Shown here: positions 12,933-24,882 of the stretch, piece after piece
Position numbering within the stretch: position 1 is the stretch's first letter
How the letters are laid out: the number at the start of each line of letters is the position of its first letter
NCBI RefSeq assembly: GCF_963921235.1
Contig: NC_086097.1
Location: 41,914,001 to 41,978,000 of the forward strand
Reading direction: 5' to 3'
Source of the DNA: Mobula hypostoma
Lineage: Eukaryota
Length of the DNA: 64,000 bases
Notes under the pieces: model-generated
Databases searched by the model: none
Seen by the model: the letters and a program-made list of their open reading frames with translations, nothing else
What the model was told of the DNA's origin: nothing
Position numbers and translations under genes: made by a program

Positions 12933-13159
12933 AGATCAATGACCTTTGTCACCTCCTCAAAAACACTCAATTAAGTTAGTAAGGCATGACTTACCCTGCA
13001 GAAAACCATGCTGATTATCCCTAATTAGACCATGGTTTTCCTATTGCCCACTTTTGTAGCTTCCCTACTTTAATACCCAATTCATTTTCTCACCTAACCT
13101 CTGTCTTTGGCCTCTGCATTTTTGTAATGATATTCATCTCAACATCAAGGAAGAACAAG

Positions 13160-13935
13160 AATCAGAATTATTATCACTGACTAAGATGATTTGAATGTTT
13201 ATGTTTTGCAGCATCAGTACCAAGACATAAAATTAATATAAATTACAAAACTTAAAGGAATAGTGCAAAAAATGAATAATGAGATAGTGTTCATGGATTT
13301 ATGCACTGTTCAGAAATATGATGGTGGTGTAGAATAAGATGCTGTTCCTGAATTGTGAAGGAAGGCTCCTGCACTTCCGCCACAGTGGTAGTAATGAGAA
13401 GAGGGCAGGTGGAGCAGAGAAATGAGATCTACAAACCCAGAACAGGAGAGAGAAAAAAAGTTATTCAGTGGATATGTGAGATACACACTGGCATAGCTGA
13501 TTATTTAAAATTGCTGAGTTCTTTGTTGAGAACTGAAGGTTGTGATGTGTCATTTCAGGAACTGAAGAACATACTGATTGGTTGCATCACAGCTTGGTAT
13601 GGAAGCTCCAATGCACAGGATCATAAGAGGCTGCAGAGAATTGTAGATTCAGCCTGTTATATCATGGGCACAATCCTCCCTGTCATCAGAGACATCTTTA
13701 AGAAGGCAGCATCCGCCAGTAAGGACATTCACAATCCGGGATATACCCCCTTCTCATTACTACCTTACAATGAAAGGTCTGGTGGATGCTGCCTTCTTAA
13801 AGATGTCTCTGATGACAGGGAGGATTGTGCCCATGATATAACTGGCTGAATCTACAATTCTCTGCAGCCTCTTATGATCCTGTGCATTGGAACTTCCATA
13901 CCAAGCTGTGATGCAACCAATCAGTATGTTCTTCA
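13160..13935 (-). mobile_element. Rex1/Babar-like LINE 3' fragment, rearranged by an inverted duplication
   Basis: Peptide NILIGCITAWYGSSNAQDHKRLQRIVDSA resembles the Rex1-type RT C-terminus. 3' tail aatcagaatt at ~13160. Confidence 0.7.
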
Positions 13936-14095
13936 GTTCCTCAAATGACACATCACAACCTTCAGTTCTCAACAAAGAACTCAGCAATTTTAAATAATCA
14001 GCTATGCCAGTTTGTATCTCACATATCCACTGAATAACTTCTTTTCTCTCTCCTGTTCTGGTTTTGTAGATCTCATTTCTCTGCTCCACCTGCCC
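13403..14095. repeat. Long inverted repeat, arms 13403-13719 and 13779-14095, 59-bp spacer
   Basis: Arms are reverse complements with only a handful of mismatches. Mirror ORFs 13355+ and 14089- encode nearly the same peptide. Confidence 0.97.
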
Positions 14096-16480
14096 AGACA
14101 GACCTTTCGTTGTTGTTTCTACTCCAGGATCCTCTCTCAGCCGGGGCTACCAGCACCATGTTCCTCATTCTCCTCCCTTCTACAGCCTTTCCGTTTATTC
14201 TCTCTGTCCCTCCCTGCTATCTTTGCTTCTTTCAACTCTCTTCATTTCTGACTTCTCTCAGTTCCCATGAAAGGGCAAACAAAACCATCATCTCTATTCC
14301 TCTCTGCACATAGAGTATGTTGAATATTCTTGGCACTTCCTGTTTTTATTTCAACTTCTGACTGCTAGAGCTCACTTGAAAGCCTCCATCCAGTTTCTGA
14401 CTAAAAGAAGAAGATCTCAGGCAAGAACAAAAAAGTTGGAGACAAAGAAAATGTGCCAAAAACAAGTAAAATACTGGGGTAGGAAAATTCTACTGTTAGC
14501 AAGTATGGGATCTGATTTGTTTAAAAAAAAGCTGCAAAAAAGTATCTTCTAGTGATTCTGCCATGAAGCACTTGCGTGAAGGAAGAATTTACATTTAGAG
14601 TGTGGGATTTCTGGCAGTTCCTCTTCAACTGTGTCATCACAGAGGAGCAAGGTGAATATCTGAGCTCTAACGTCCGTGTTGAAGGCACTTCTGAAAATGC
14701 ATGAGCAGTAAAGAAAATTAGGTTGGTGATCTCTTTTCAACATGGGCCCCTTCTCATTGTCCATCCTTTCTCTATACCCACTTCATTCCTGGATTCATAC
14801 TTGCTCCTCGCACGTTGTTGGACACTCTTGCATGATGAAATGGGCTGGCAATCCAGGGTCAAGCCCAAGGTCTCCCAATTTTCCTATGTTCTGCATCTAG
14901 GAACTGAACATTATCTGAGCGCAGGAAATCGGGCACGAAAAACCTTTTTTAAAACTTTCTATGCATTTTTTTTCTTTTCTGCTCAACTGACAGCAAAGCT
15001 CAGGAAAATAACTGAGTAGCAGGATCAGATATTTCTATGTATAGCCTGTCTTGCTACAGCAAAGGTGGGCCAGAATGTTAAAGAACTTGGACTCTGTTCT
15101 TGGCTGTCAGTTCTCTACTCTCAGCTTAGTCTATCATACCAGCAGATGCATTTGGGTCAATTATTGTTTCCACCTTACACAGGGTGCTCTAGCTCAGTGG
15201 TAGGAGGAATTAACATCTTTTGGTTAGAGCAAATAAAGTCACACACTTAGATTTGCCAGGATCACACCTTTTGTCAGCTCGCCACAAACTATTGACAAGA
15301 TCGCCTTAGGAGAAAAGGAAATATCTATTCAACACTTTCAAAGCAGGAGTAATATTCCCTTTAATATTTTTCTACAGCTACGAAGACCAACCATACCTCT
15401 GAGCAGGAAATTTTTGCACAGCTTGAAAATTGCACAACATTTAAAATGTTTTTTTTGTGTGATATGCATACTATGAATATTTGGAATGAAAATTGAAAAA
15501 GCACATACTTTTGAATTTATTTTAATGGAAGGTATAATGAAACACAGTACAACAAAAAAAATTCTTCATGTTTCATAAACTTTTCCTAAGCTGACAGCAT
15601 TGGTATTCAGCGGGCTGGCAGTTTATTAACAATGAGCTACCAACTTCCATTCCATGTTTATTGTTACAATTTGTAACTATGTTGTAACTTGAAACACCAA
15701 CAATCTAAATCCGTTGAAGCACTAAAATGTTTTAAAGTAAGGTTGTTGTATGTTTATTATGTAGAAAATTTATGGATTATATTTATTAACACATAATTAC
15801 AGAATATTTCACAATTATATTAACAGATTTCAATATTATATTAGCATAATTTCAAAATTACATTAACATTATATAAACGAAAATTCCAGCTGCACGACAA
15901 CAAAGGCTATGTGTGTGGGAGCATTTCTGTTATTGCATGGCCACGGACCTGCGCAGCTTAGAGGAAAAAGTGCTCAGGAGGAAAATGTAAGTTCAGAGTC
16001 CCATTAGACAAGAGAGTTGGATATATTTAATAATAGCTGAGGCCTATAAAGCCAGCTGGGAATCTTTAGAAACTATTTACATATTTGGGAAACAAAGACC
16101 ATGTAATTTAAAATAAAATAACAGATATTTTTGCTTGAGGGAACAATGACCTTTATGGTCCAACTTACTTTTTGATCAGTGTAATTAAAGTATATTGCAA
16201 AGTTCAAAATTATTATTATCAAGTAACGTGCCTTTGTTAATGACCTGGTTGCTGCTGCAATCACACCTGCCTTTGGCGGCTGCACAGTTCTAGTTACCCC
16301 TTGGGGTGGAGTCGGCTGTAAGTGACAGCGAGGTTGCTGATGGCAAGAAACGTATGACTGCTCCTGCCACCAAAGGCCTTGGACAGGTACTAAATGTCTT
16401 TAATGATCAGAAATATTCAGGATGGGCTAAAAAATGTAAATAATGAAAAGAAATCTTAAAAATGCAAAGTGTTCATAGTA

Positions 16481-16745
16481 GACGGCACAGTGATACAGCC
16501 TGTGGAGCTGCTGCCTCATAGTTCCTATGACCAGCGTCAGTCCTGATTTCTGGTGCTACCTGTGTGGAAATTGTATGTTCTTCCCTGTGACAGTATGGGT
16601 TTCCCCAGGATGCCTTGCCCTTCCTATATCACACAGATTATCCACAGCAAATGATTCTGAGCGTGTGGGTTTATGGTAGAATCCGGGGAATGTTGTTGGG
16701 AATATGCACAATAAAACTGAGATTAGAGCAGCATGAGTGAAATCA
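16481..16745 (+). mobile_element. V-SINE (HE1-like) remnant
   Basis: tRNA-like head gacggcacagtg..gctgctgcctcatag, then V-domain-like tgtgtggaaattgtatgttcttccctgtgacagtatgggtttcc. Confidence 0.7.
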
Positions 16746-17818
16746 GACATTGGTGTACTGGCATGAGCACTGGACTTCAAGGCGGATGGCCCTGAGTTCA
16801 AATTCGGCTGGGCCCCAACCTGGTCACAAACAAAAGAAAATCTGCAGGTTCTGGAAATCCGAGCAACACACACAAAATGCTGGAGGAACTCAGCAGGCCA
16901 GGCAGCATCTATGGAAAAGAGTACAGCCGACGTTTCGGGCTGAAACCCTTTGGCAGGACTGGAGGGAAAAAGCTGAGGAGTAGGTTTAAAAGGTGGGGAG
17001 AAAGGGGAAAAGAAACACAGGGTGATAGGTGAAGGGGAGGGATGAAGTAAAGAGATGGGAAGTTAATTGGTGAAAGAGGCAGAAGACCATGGAAGAGAGA
17101 AGAGGGGGGAGGAGAACCAGAGGGAGGTGATGGGTGGGCAAGGAGATAAGGTGAGAGAGGGAAAAGAGGATGGGTAATGGTGAAGGGGGGGTGGGGGGTA
17201 TTGCTAGAAGTTTGAGAAATCAGTGTTCATACCATCAGGCTAGAAGCTACCCAGATGGAATATAAGGTGTTGTTCCTCCAATCTAAGCATAGCCTTATCA
17301 CAACAGTGGAGGAGGCCATGGATGGACATAACGGTAAGGGAGTGGGAAGCAGAATTAAAATGGGTGGCCACTGGGAGTTCCCGGTTTTTCTGATGGATGG
17401 AACATAGGTGCTCAGCAAAGTGGTCTCCCAATTTACGCCGGGTCTCACTGATATACAGGAGGCCACACCAGCAGCACCAACTTCCCAGCTCTTTACTCCA
17501 TCCCTCCCACTTCAGGTTTCACCTATCACCTTGTGTGTGTCTCTCTCCCCTCCCAGCCCCCCTTTTAAATCTACCCCTCTGCTTTTTTTCTCCAGTCCTG
17601 CCGAAAGGCTTTGGCCCAAAACGTCGACCGTACTTTCTTCCATAGATGCTGCCTGGCCTATGGAGTTCCTCCAGCATTTTGTGTGTTGTTGCTCGGGTCC
17701 CAACCTGGGCAGCAGCAGTATCTGCGTGGAAGAAAGGCCTGGCAGTATATTGCCACGGAAACCCTATGGACAACTCATCGTGTCACAATGACTTGATGGC
17801 ACTCAGCAGCAACAACAC
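16746..17818 (+). mobile_element. tRNA-headed SINE with RTE-like tail (16746-16826 + 17695-17818), split by a PLE
   Basis: A-box-like tggtgtactgg, B-box-like gagttcaaatt. Tail tgccacggaaaccctatggac..gtcacaatgacttgatggcac..caacaaca. Confidence 0.6.
16827..17694 (-). mobile_element. PLE with inverted termini
   Basis: Minus GIY-YIG remnant GDHFAEHL..VATHFNS..RLEEQHLIFHLG. 17478-17690 is an inverted copy of the terminus. TSD ggg(c/t)cccaacctgg(t/g)ca at 16810-16826 and 17695-17711. Confidence 0.9.
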
Positions 17819-19089
17819 CATGTACTCACTGCCTATAAGGGCTTTTTCCCTGTTGTGAACTGCCTGACTCTTTGTTGAGGGAGGTAATCAATTAGTGAAG
17901 GTAATAAATTCACCCTCAGTAATAACTTTAAGTAAAGCACACTTATCTGATTGTAAAATAAACTTCAGTCTGTACAAAAAAAATAACTTTTGTCATAACA
18001 CTGGTCGTCTGCACTTTGCAAGTGTGCAGAGCAGGATTCAATGGCCAACTGGTTAACCATTATCCTGGTCACCTCATTGATATTCTTCCGTGTCATGAAG
18101 GCTGACTCCAGCTCAGTGAAGGCATCAGAGTATGGAAATTATACACATTCACTCTGTACAAATCACAATTAAGGGCCATTTTCCACACATATTAATATGG
18201 AAAATTGTGAAGGATGATCAAAGGAGTACAAAAACGTAAATTATTAATATTGGATGGCACAGAGATGTATCCCGAGGAGCTGCAGGTCCACAGGTCCTAT
18301 GAACTCTCTCTCGTGCTGACCAACACCCCTCACTCCTCCACTTCCGCTGCTATAGGCTTCTATTTCTTTTATAGCCACTTACCAGGAAAGTCAAAGGGGG
18401 ACAAAGCCCACTGATCTCTGGCAGCAAGGATGCGTAGTAGGATTTAGAATTGGAAAATGGTGTGGCCTTGGAACTTGAGGGGTGAAGGCCTGCACCAGTT
18501 AATGACCTGTCCCTACCAGAGCCCTTTTGTGGAATGATGCAATCGCTGGTCTCTTCATAGTCAGTCTTCTCTTGGTTGATGAGGTACAGACCCCAATAAC
18601 CATCATCGCGAGCTCCCAGCTCTTTACTGGCCGGAGGTCAGGGAGGTGTCTACTCCCACCGCCAGCACTACTGAAGCAATAAATGAAATAGGATTTCCAG
18701 CTTTAAGAGCTCCTGCCTTGATGGCTGATGGTATGTGAAGTCTGTGCTTCTTGTGCATCCTTGCAATAGCTCACCATCTCAGATTGTAATCACAGATGAA
18801 GCAGGGGACTTTGAACCTAATGCTCAACTCACTTCATGATGCACACACAAGAAATTTTGATCTCTTCAACCCCATGAAATCAGCATGGATTTCCTCTGCA
18901 TCATTAATTCGGTACACATTTTGCAGCATAAAAGAATTTCTAACTCATTGTGCTAAACACATGCTTGGTGTAGTTCCCCTCTGTTTTCATTAGGTCGAAG
19001 TAGAATCTGATAGCACTAAATACAAATGAAATGTTGCTTTTTTTTAAGTGCATACATGCTACCTCTCAGCACTTGCTGTGTTCTTGTAA

Positions 19090-19491
19090 AAGTGGAGCGA
19101 ATGGATGCTCAGAACAGTGAGGGTAGAGCGCCCTGAGGGGTATGAGAAGAAGTGCCAGGGGAGGGGGTGGCATGAGCGCAGGCACTCCCAGTCCTGAGAC
19201 CCAATGTAATTTGATTCCAAACAATTGGAATATTGATCATCACGGAATGTCTCTCTGGCGCTCCCTCCCCTCTTCTTTCTCCCTTTCCCAACCATGATTC
19301 CCTGTCCCTGCCCGCTTCCAACTCTCAGTCCACAATCGGGACCCATATCAGAATCAGGTTTATCATCACTCACATATATCATGAAATTTGTATTTTTATG
19401 TGGCAGCAGTACAGCGCAATACATAAAATTATAACTGCATTGTGCAAAGGTCTTAGGCACCTGATATATACAGTATGTGCCTAAGACAGTA
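19090..19491. mobile_element. Composite repeat: unassigned head + antisense Rex1-like tail + tiny Tc1-like TIR hairpin
   Basis: atcagaatcaggtttatcatcact..gcagcagtacag at ~19347. gtcttaggcac (19450-19460) and gtgcctaagac (19477-19487) are inverted. Confidence 0.5.
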
Positions 19492-19789
19492 CCTTATGTA
19501 TAAGGTCTTGACTTAGTAGCTGAATGAAGCAGTGTTTTATGAATTGGAAAATTATGCATGACTGTTAAAATGTTGCTCGTATTTAGCAAGCACACTTTGA
19601 ACACTGACTTTTTTAACTATTGCCTCTTTCATAAAGGCTGAGGATACACAATCCCTTAAAGGATTGTAATGTAATATCTATATATATAGCAGAGATCCAC
19701 TCACCTCACTGTTTTTACAATTAAATGACTTCAGCTTTGCCATTAAAGAGATTTATCCTTAATCCTCCTTTTCAACTGTTAGCAAAAGG

Positions 19790-22105
19790 TTGGCTGTGTG
19801 GATACTGAATTGTCCTGCTCATAGAAAGCAGACTGAGGCAGTAGTTGGAGAGTATTCTGCCTGGAGGTCGGTGACCAGTAGTGTTCCGCAGGGATCTGGT
19901 CTGGGACTCCTACTCTTTGTGATTTTTAAAAATGAGAAATGACTTGGATGAGGAGATGGAAGGGTGGGTTAGTAAATTTGCAGTTGACACAAATAAACCA
20001 GGAAATTATAGGCCGGTGAGCCAAACATCAGTGGTGGGAAAGTTATTGGAAGGTATTCTAAGGGACCGTATATATGAGTATTTAAATGGACATGGACTGA
20101 TTAAGGATAGTCAACATGGCTTCGTGCATGGTAGGTCATGTCTAACCAACCTTATAAAGTTTTTTGAGGAAGTTACGAGGAACTTTGATGAAGGTAAGGC
20201 AGCTGATGTTGTCTACATGGACTTTAGCAAGGCATTTGACAAGGTCTCGCATAGGAGGTTGGTCAAGAAGGTTCAGTCACTTGGCATTCTGGATGAGGTA
20301 ATAAATTAGCTTTGTGGGAGAATCCAGAGAGTGGTAGGAGATGGTTGCCTCTCTGACTGGAGGCCCGTGACTAGTGGGTACTGCACGGATCAGTGCAGGG
20401 TTCATTGTTGTTTGTCACCTAGTGTATATCAACAATCTAGATGATAATGTGGTTAACTTGATCAGCAAATTTGTAGATAACACCAAGTTTGGGTGTGTAG
20501 TGGACAGTGAGAAAGGCTATTGTGGCTTGCAGAGAGATCTGCATCAGCTGGAAAAATGGTCTGAAAAATGGCAGACGGAATTTAGTGCAGACAACTGGGA
20601 GGTTTTGCACTTCGGTAGGACCAACCAGGGTAGGTCTGAGACAGTGATTGGTAGGGCACTGAGCAGTGTGGTAGAACAAAGGGACCTGGGAATACAGGTC
20701 CATAATTCGTTGAAAGTAGATAGGATCATAAAGAAAGCTTTTGGCACAAAGAGTACGGAGAAAATTTGCAAGGATGTTGCTGTGTCTGGAGGATTTGAGT
20801 TAAAAGGAAAGATTGAGTAGGTCAGGACATTATTTCTTGGAATGTAGAAGACTGAGAGGAGATTTGATGGAGATGCACAAAATTAGGAGGGGCATAGATT
20901 GGGTAAAAGCAAGCAGGCTGTTTCTGCTGAGGTTGGGTGGGGCTACAATCAGAGGCCCTGGGTTAAGGGTGAAAGTTTAAGAGGAACATGAAGGGAAATT
21001 TCTTCACTCAGAGGATTATAAGACTGTCGAATGAGCAGGCAGCACAAGTGGTGCATGTAAGCTCAATTTCAACATTTAAGAGAAGTTTGGATAGGTACAT
21101 GGATGGTAAGGGTATGGCTCCTAAGGTTTCATAGCCAGGGGTGGTAGTGGGGATAAGCTCCCACTACCTATAAAATGCTCCAAATGGCATGCGACTCTAA
21201 CAGCCTCTGACAACCATGTCCAACTCTTGGCCTTCGCGTGTTCCTTAACTACTAGGCCTGGCAGAACTGTTTCTACTGACAAGAGAGGAGGCAAAGGCGG
21301 ACCACTGGCGCCTCAAAACCAGTTGCTTCAGGCAGGTGGGGTTCATCAGCATTCAACAGCAGACCACCTAGGAGAAAGAAAACTCTCATTTTAAACCTCT
21401 GCTGTCTTGCGGCAATGGGAAAGGCTTGGGGAGTAAACCCCGAGGAAGAAATAGGAACTGGGGTCCCTAAGGCAGTTTGATGTTGTTTACAACTTCACGC
21501 TGGCAACCTTTGCAACAACACTGGTGCCAAGCTGTATTGGCACTTGCCCTTCCCTTGGACTACCTCAGAGATGTGGAGAGGGGGAGCCCGCAGCATGGGC
21601 AACAGCCAGTTCTTCAAATCTTCCCGCCCAGGCTTGTGCCCTGGAGAGGACACAATCCACCAAAGGCGTAAACCCATAATCTCCTGGCATCAACAGTTGC
21701 CTACTACTATTTGGTAAGGGTATGGAGGGCTACAGTCAATGGGAAAAGGCAGTTTAAATGTTTGGCACAGATTAGATGGGCTGAAGGGCCTACTTCTGTG
21801 CTGTACTCTTCTATGACTCTAATTGTGGATAGTATGGAGGATTGTTGTAGGTTGCAAAGGGGCATTGACAAGATGCAGATTGAAAAGTGACAGATGGAGT
21901 TCAACACCGGAAAGTATGAAGTGATTCGTTTTGGAAGGTCAAAGTTGAAGGCAGAATACAAAGTTAATGGCAGGATACTTGGCAATGTAGAGGAGCAGAG
22001 GGATTTTGGGATCCATGTTCACAGATCCCTCAAAGTTGATCGGGTGGTTGATAGTTACGGTGTGATGGCCTTTATTGGTTGGGGTGATTGAGTTCAAGAG
22101 CTGTA
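19790..22105 (+). mobile_element. Nested CR1 LINEs: older copy (19790-19990 + 21821-22105) hosting a second copy (~19991-21820)
   Basis: WVSKFAVDT jumps back to KPGNYRPVS..QHGF..GRSCLTNL..DFSKAFDKV. After the tail ctatgactct the older RT resumes (MEFNTGKYEVIRFG). Confidence 0.88.
21118..21711 (+). mobile_element. Non-autonomous RTE-related retroposon with 14-bp TSD
   Basis: TSD tggtaagggtatgg at 21104-21117 and 21712-21725; (CTA)n tail; RTE-like gaaaactct..aaacc motif; no ORF. Confidence 0.75.
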
Positions 22106-22289
22106 TAGTTTCTTGTTTAAAGCTACAAGATAGTGTGTTACCATCTTCTAACTGGCTGGTGAATGTCAAACACATCAGAGCACATTTACGTTCAATTATT
22201 CCCCAATTCTATCCAATGTCCTGGAAGAGACAAAGAAACAGAGGTATAACCCAAAATAAAACACTACAGGTGCCAGAGTTATGAAATTA

Positions 22290-22520
22290 GACAATGCTGG
22301 AAATACTCAGCAGGCCAGGTGGTGTCTGTGGAGAGAGAAGCAAAATTAATATTTCAGACTCTTCATCAGAACAGGAAAAAGTGAAAGGGAAGAAATTATT
22401 AAAATGTAGAGAAAGCAGACTGAATTGAGAAGGAAGGGCTGGGTTTGTGGTAGGGTGGAGACTAAGAGATTTGAAGGACACACTTTCTGGAGCTGACTGA
22501 AAGGGAGGGAGTGGGTAAAA
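22290..22520 (-). mobile_element. Older PLE terminus with a hammerhead-like core at 22345-22372
   Basis: aatgctggaaatactcagcaggccagg; minus strand GTT-CTGATGA-AGAgTCT-GAAA-T-ATT-AAT. Confidence 0.65.
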
Positions 22521-24882
22521 AGCATGAATAAAAACTTCATGGTCTTAGAAAGTTTTTGCCAAAGACTGGGCAATGAGGTTAATTTTGACAAGACTGCTTG
22601 GTTCTATATCACATCGAAAAATAATTTGTTAATTTTTAATTCCACCAATAATTGGCTCTTTATTAAAAATTATATTAATTTTATTGATTCTGGCAAATGG
22701 GAAAAATACCTTGGTGACAGGATTAACTCTTGATAGTTTGTTCTGTGCATGATTGGTGTGGTAAATTCAGAAAGTGGGCTAAGAATATCTTGTTGGCAAG
22801 GCTCATGCCTACCCAAAAGGTAAAAAGATTTAAACCTACACCATTTCTCCAGATAAGATGTGTCTCTGTGATGAGAAATAAATCTAGAAATATAAAGAGA
22901 AAGAAAACACCCTGTAAAACACCTCTCCAATCACTTCAAGTATTTGGAATAGTTCATGTTCAACATGTGATGTATAAAGCCACCCAATTTATCTGGCACA
23001 AGATCTGTTCCAGCAATGTTTTGAAGACTCATCATCTCAAAGAACTGCCAGCCACCAGATCCCAAAACCTCGACAAGGGAAGCTGGGTTAACTGTGGAGA
23101 CAATTATTGGGATCTCAATCCAGGAGGATTTCCCAGCTGTTTGATTTCTATGTGTTGGCTTCCCTCCAATGGCAATGAACTGTTAGTACTGTGTTTTATG
23201 ACTGGTGGTACAGTGTCTTACACCTTCTCCCCGGAGTAACACTGTTCCATTTGGCTGTATTCACTGCCGTTCACGTTGAATGACAATTAAACTTGAACTT
23301 GAACTTGGAAGTCCCAGCAAGCTTCAAAGTGAACTGGAGCTCCTTTCCAGGAGCAATGGGCAAATCCTGCCCTTTGCCAGTCAGCTACATGATGGCTGAC
23401 ATGTACTTCTGTCCTTCCACATGATATGTACTGAAGATACAAGCAAATGATAGAAGCATCAGCTAAGTCTGGGATAAAGGGATTAGAGTTCATGTGTGCT
23501 TAAAATGACAAACTCATTAGCTGACAGGAACTGCATCATTCTTTGGCTGCCACCAAGTTTCCCTCTTTATCAGAACTGAATGTGTCCATCACTACCATAG
23601 TTATAGGATCTTGATGATTAACTCTGAATTCTATGGCTTTCTTTTTCCTGAGTTGAATTGAGTTCTCTTTTCTTCTTATGACTTAAGCTTCATCACACTT
23701 TTACCTTAGGCCCTCCAGCTGGTCCAATGTCCAGCTAGAGAGCAAATGTTTCTTCAGCTTGTCTCTTTCTGTCGGGCGAGCGTGTTATTATACGCCCCAT
23801 GGCTTGGTCTGGGTTTTCACAGTCACAGCCAGGCAAAGGTTTGAGAAAACACTTGTACCTCAGGTGCATCGTCAGTCCTTTGGAGTTGTTCAAGTGATCT
23901 GCAGTTAACTGAAACCTGGTTGTTAACTTATGGGATTGAATACTAGATAACTGGATCCTGAAATGCAGGTTTGTCAGCTGGGTGTGAAGGTTGCCTGGAA
24001 ATATTACGAAGCAAGGCATTAACTGCACCTACCCACATCACCCCTCCTCGTTTCATCACTTTTAAGTCAAAACTCCCAGCGGCACATTTTTCTTCAAGAC
24101 AGGGGAAATTTTGATCATTCTCAGACTTTTCTTCTTCTAAAGGTTTTGAGACATCTTACACTGAATGAGTACTTCCTGATTAATCTACTCATCTTTATTA
24201 CTCTTAGTCTTACTTGAGCATAGAGCGGGTAGCAGACTTGAGGGAGATAGACTCTGGACGATGAAACAGGTGTTCAACGAGCCATTGAAAATAATCCTGA
24301 ACTTAAAAATAACATGAACATCCAGAATCTCCATTCTAACTGGAAATTATTACCTATAAGTGATACTGTGAAATTAAAAGTGTCATGCTGCTTCCAATAT
24401 CAAGCTATCTAGACTTTGCCTCCAGTCATTGCTTTTGCTCATGATGTCTCAGTAGTGGGAAACCCCACCTCCTTGATCTTCATTGTGCAGTAATTAGAGT
24501 AATCCAGTGCAGCACCAGACTGCTATGACCTAAATTGGATCCGGACCATGGTAAACACTCTTCTAGAAATAAATTTACGGAAACAGATAGCACAAAGATC
24601 AGGAGAATGTTCTCTTTTGTCTTTGTAAATAATATTATTGATAGAAGCAATTTTGCCAATACAATGGTTTTCAGTTAATTGGACAACAGCTTATATAGGA
24701 CAACTCTTAAAATAACAAGACTAAATCAAGAAAATAGCCAGGATTCCTTCATTTCTTTGGGACAATATGCCACTTAACGGAGGCATGAAACTGTTTTGAA
24801 ACAAATATTTTTAAGTAGCATCACTCACATGCACAGTGTACGGTTGTTAGACACTACACCATACTTAGAGTGAATAGTTTTT

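Larger units (their letters stand above)
8870..13050 (-). mobile_element. Older CR1 LINE, fragmented by nested insertions (pieces ~8870-9670, 11865-12215, 12935-13050)
   Basis: 3' end acagtacagcacagga..; KYEMLHLGRS and SATHGVPQESVL remnants; HGFLQGKSCLT-like sequence at ~12980-13010. Confidence 0.75.

Noticed and set aside
13355..14089. Two near-identical convergent ORFs as a gene pair
   Set aside because: Mirror translations of the inverted duplication of TE fragments.
14549..14764. Minus-strand ORF with acceptor-like ttttcag as a terminal exon
   Set aside because: No recognisable protein and no partner exon; two frames are similarly open.
15183..15205. ctagctcagtggtag as a tRNA gene
   Set aside because: Only an A-box-like stretch; no B box or cloverleaf.
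22730..23239. 169-aa plus-strand ORF
   Set aside because: Non-ATG start, no domain, and it runs into a repeat tail ending (TTGAAC)n at ~23300.
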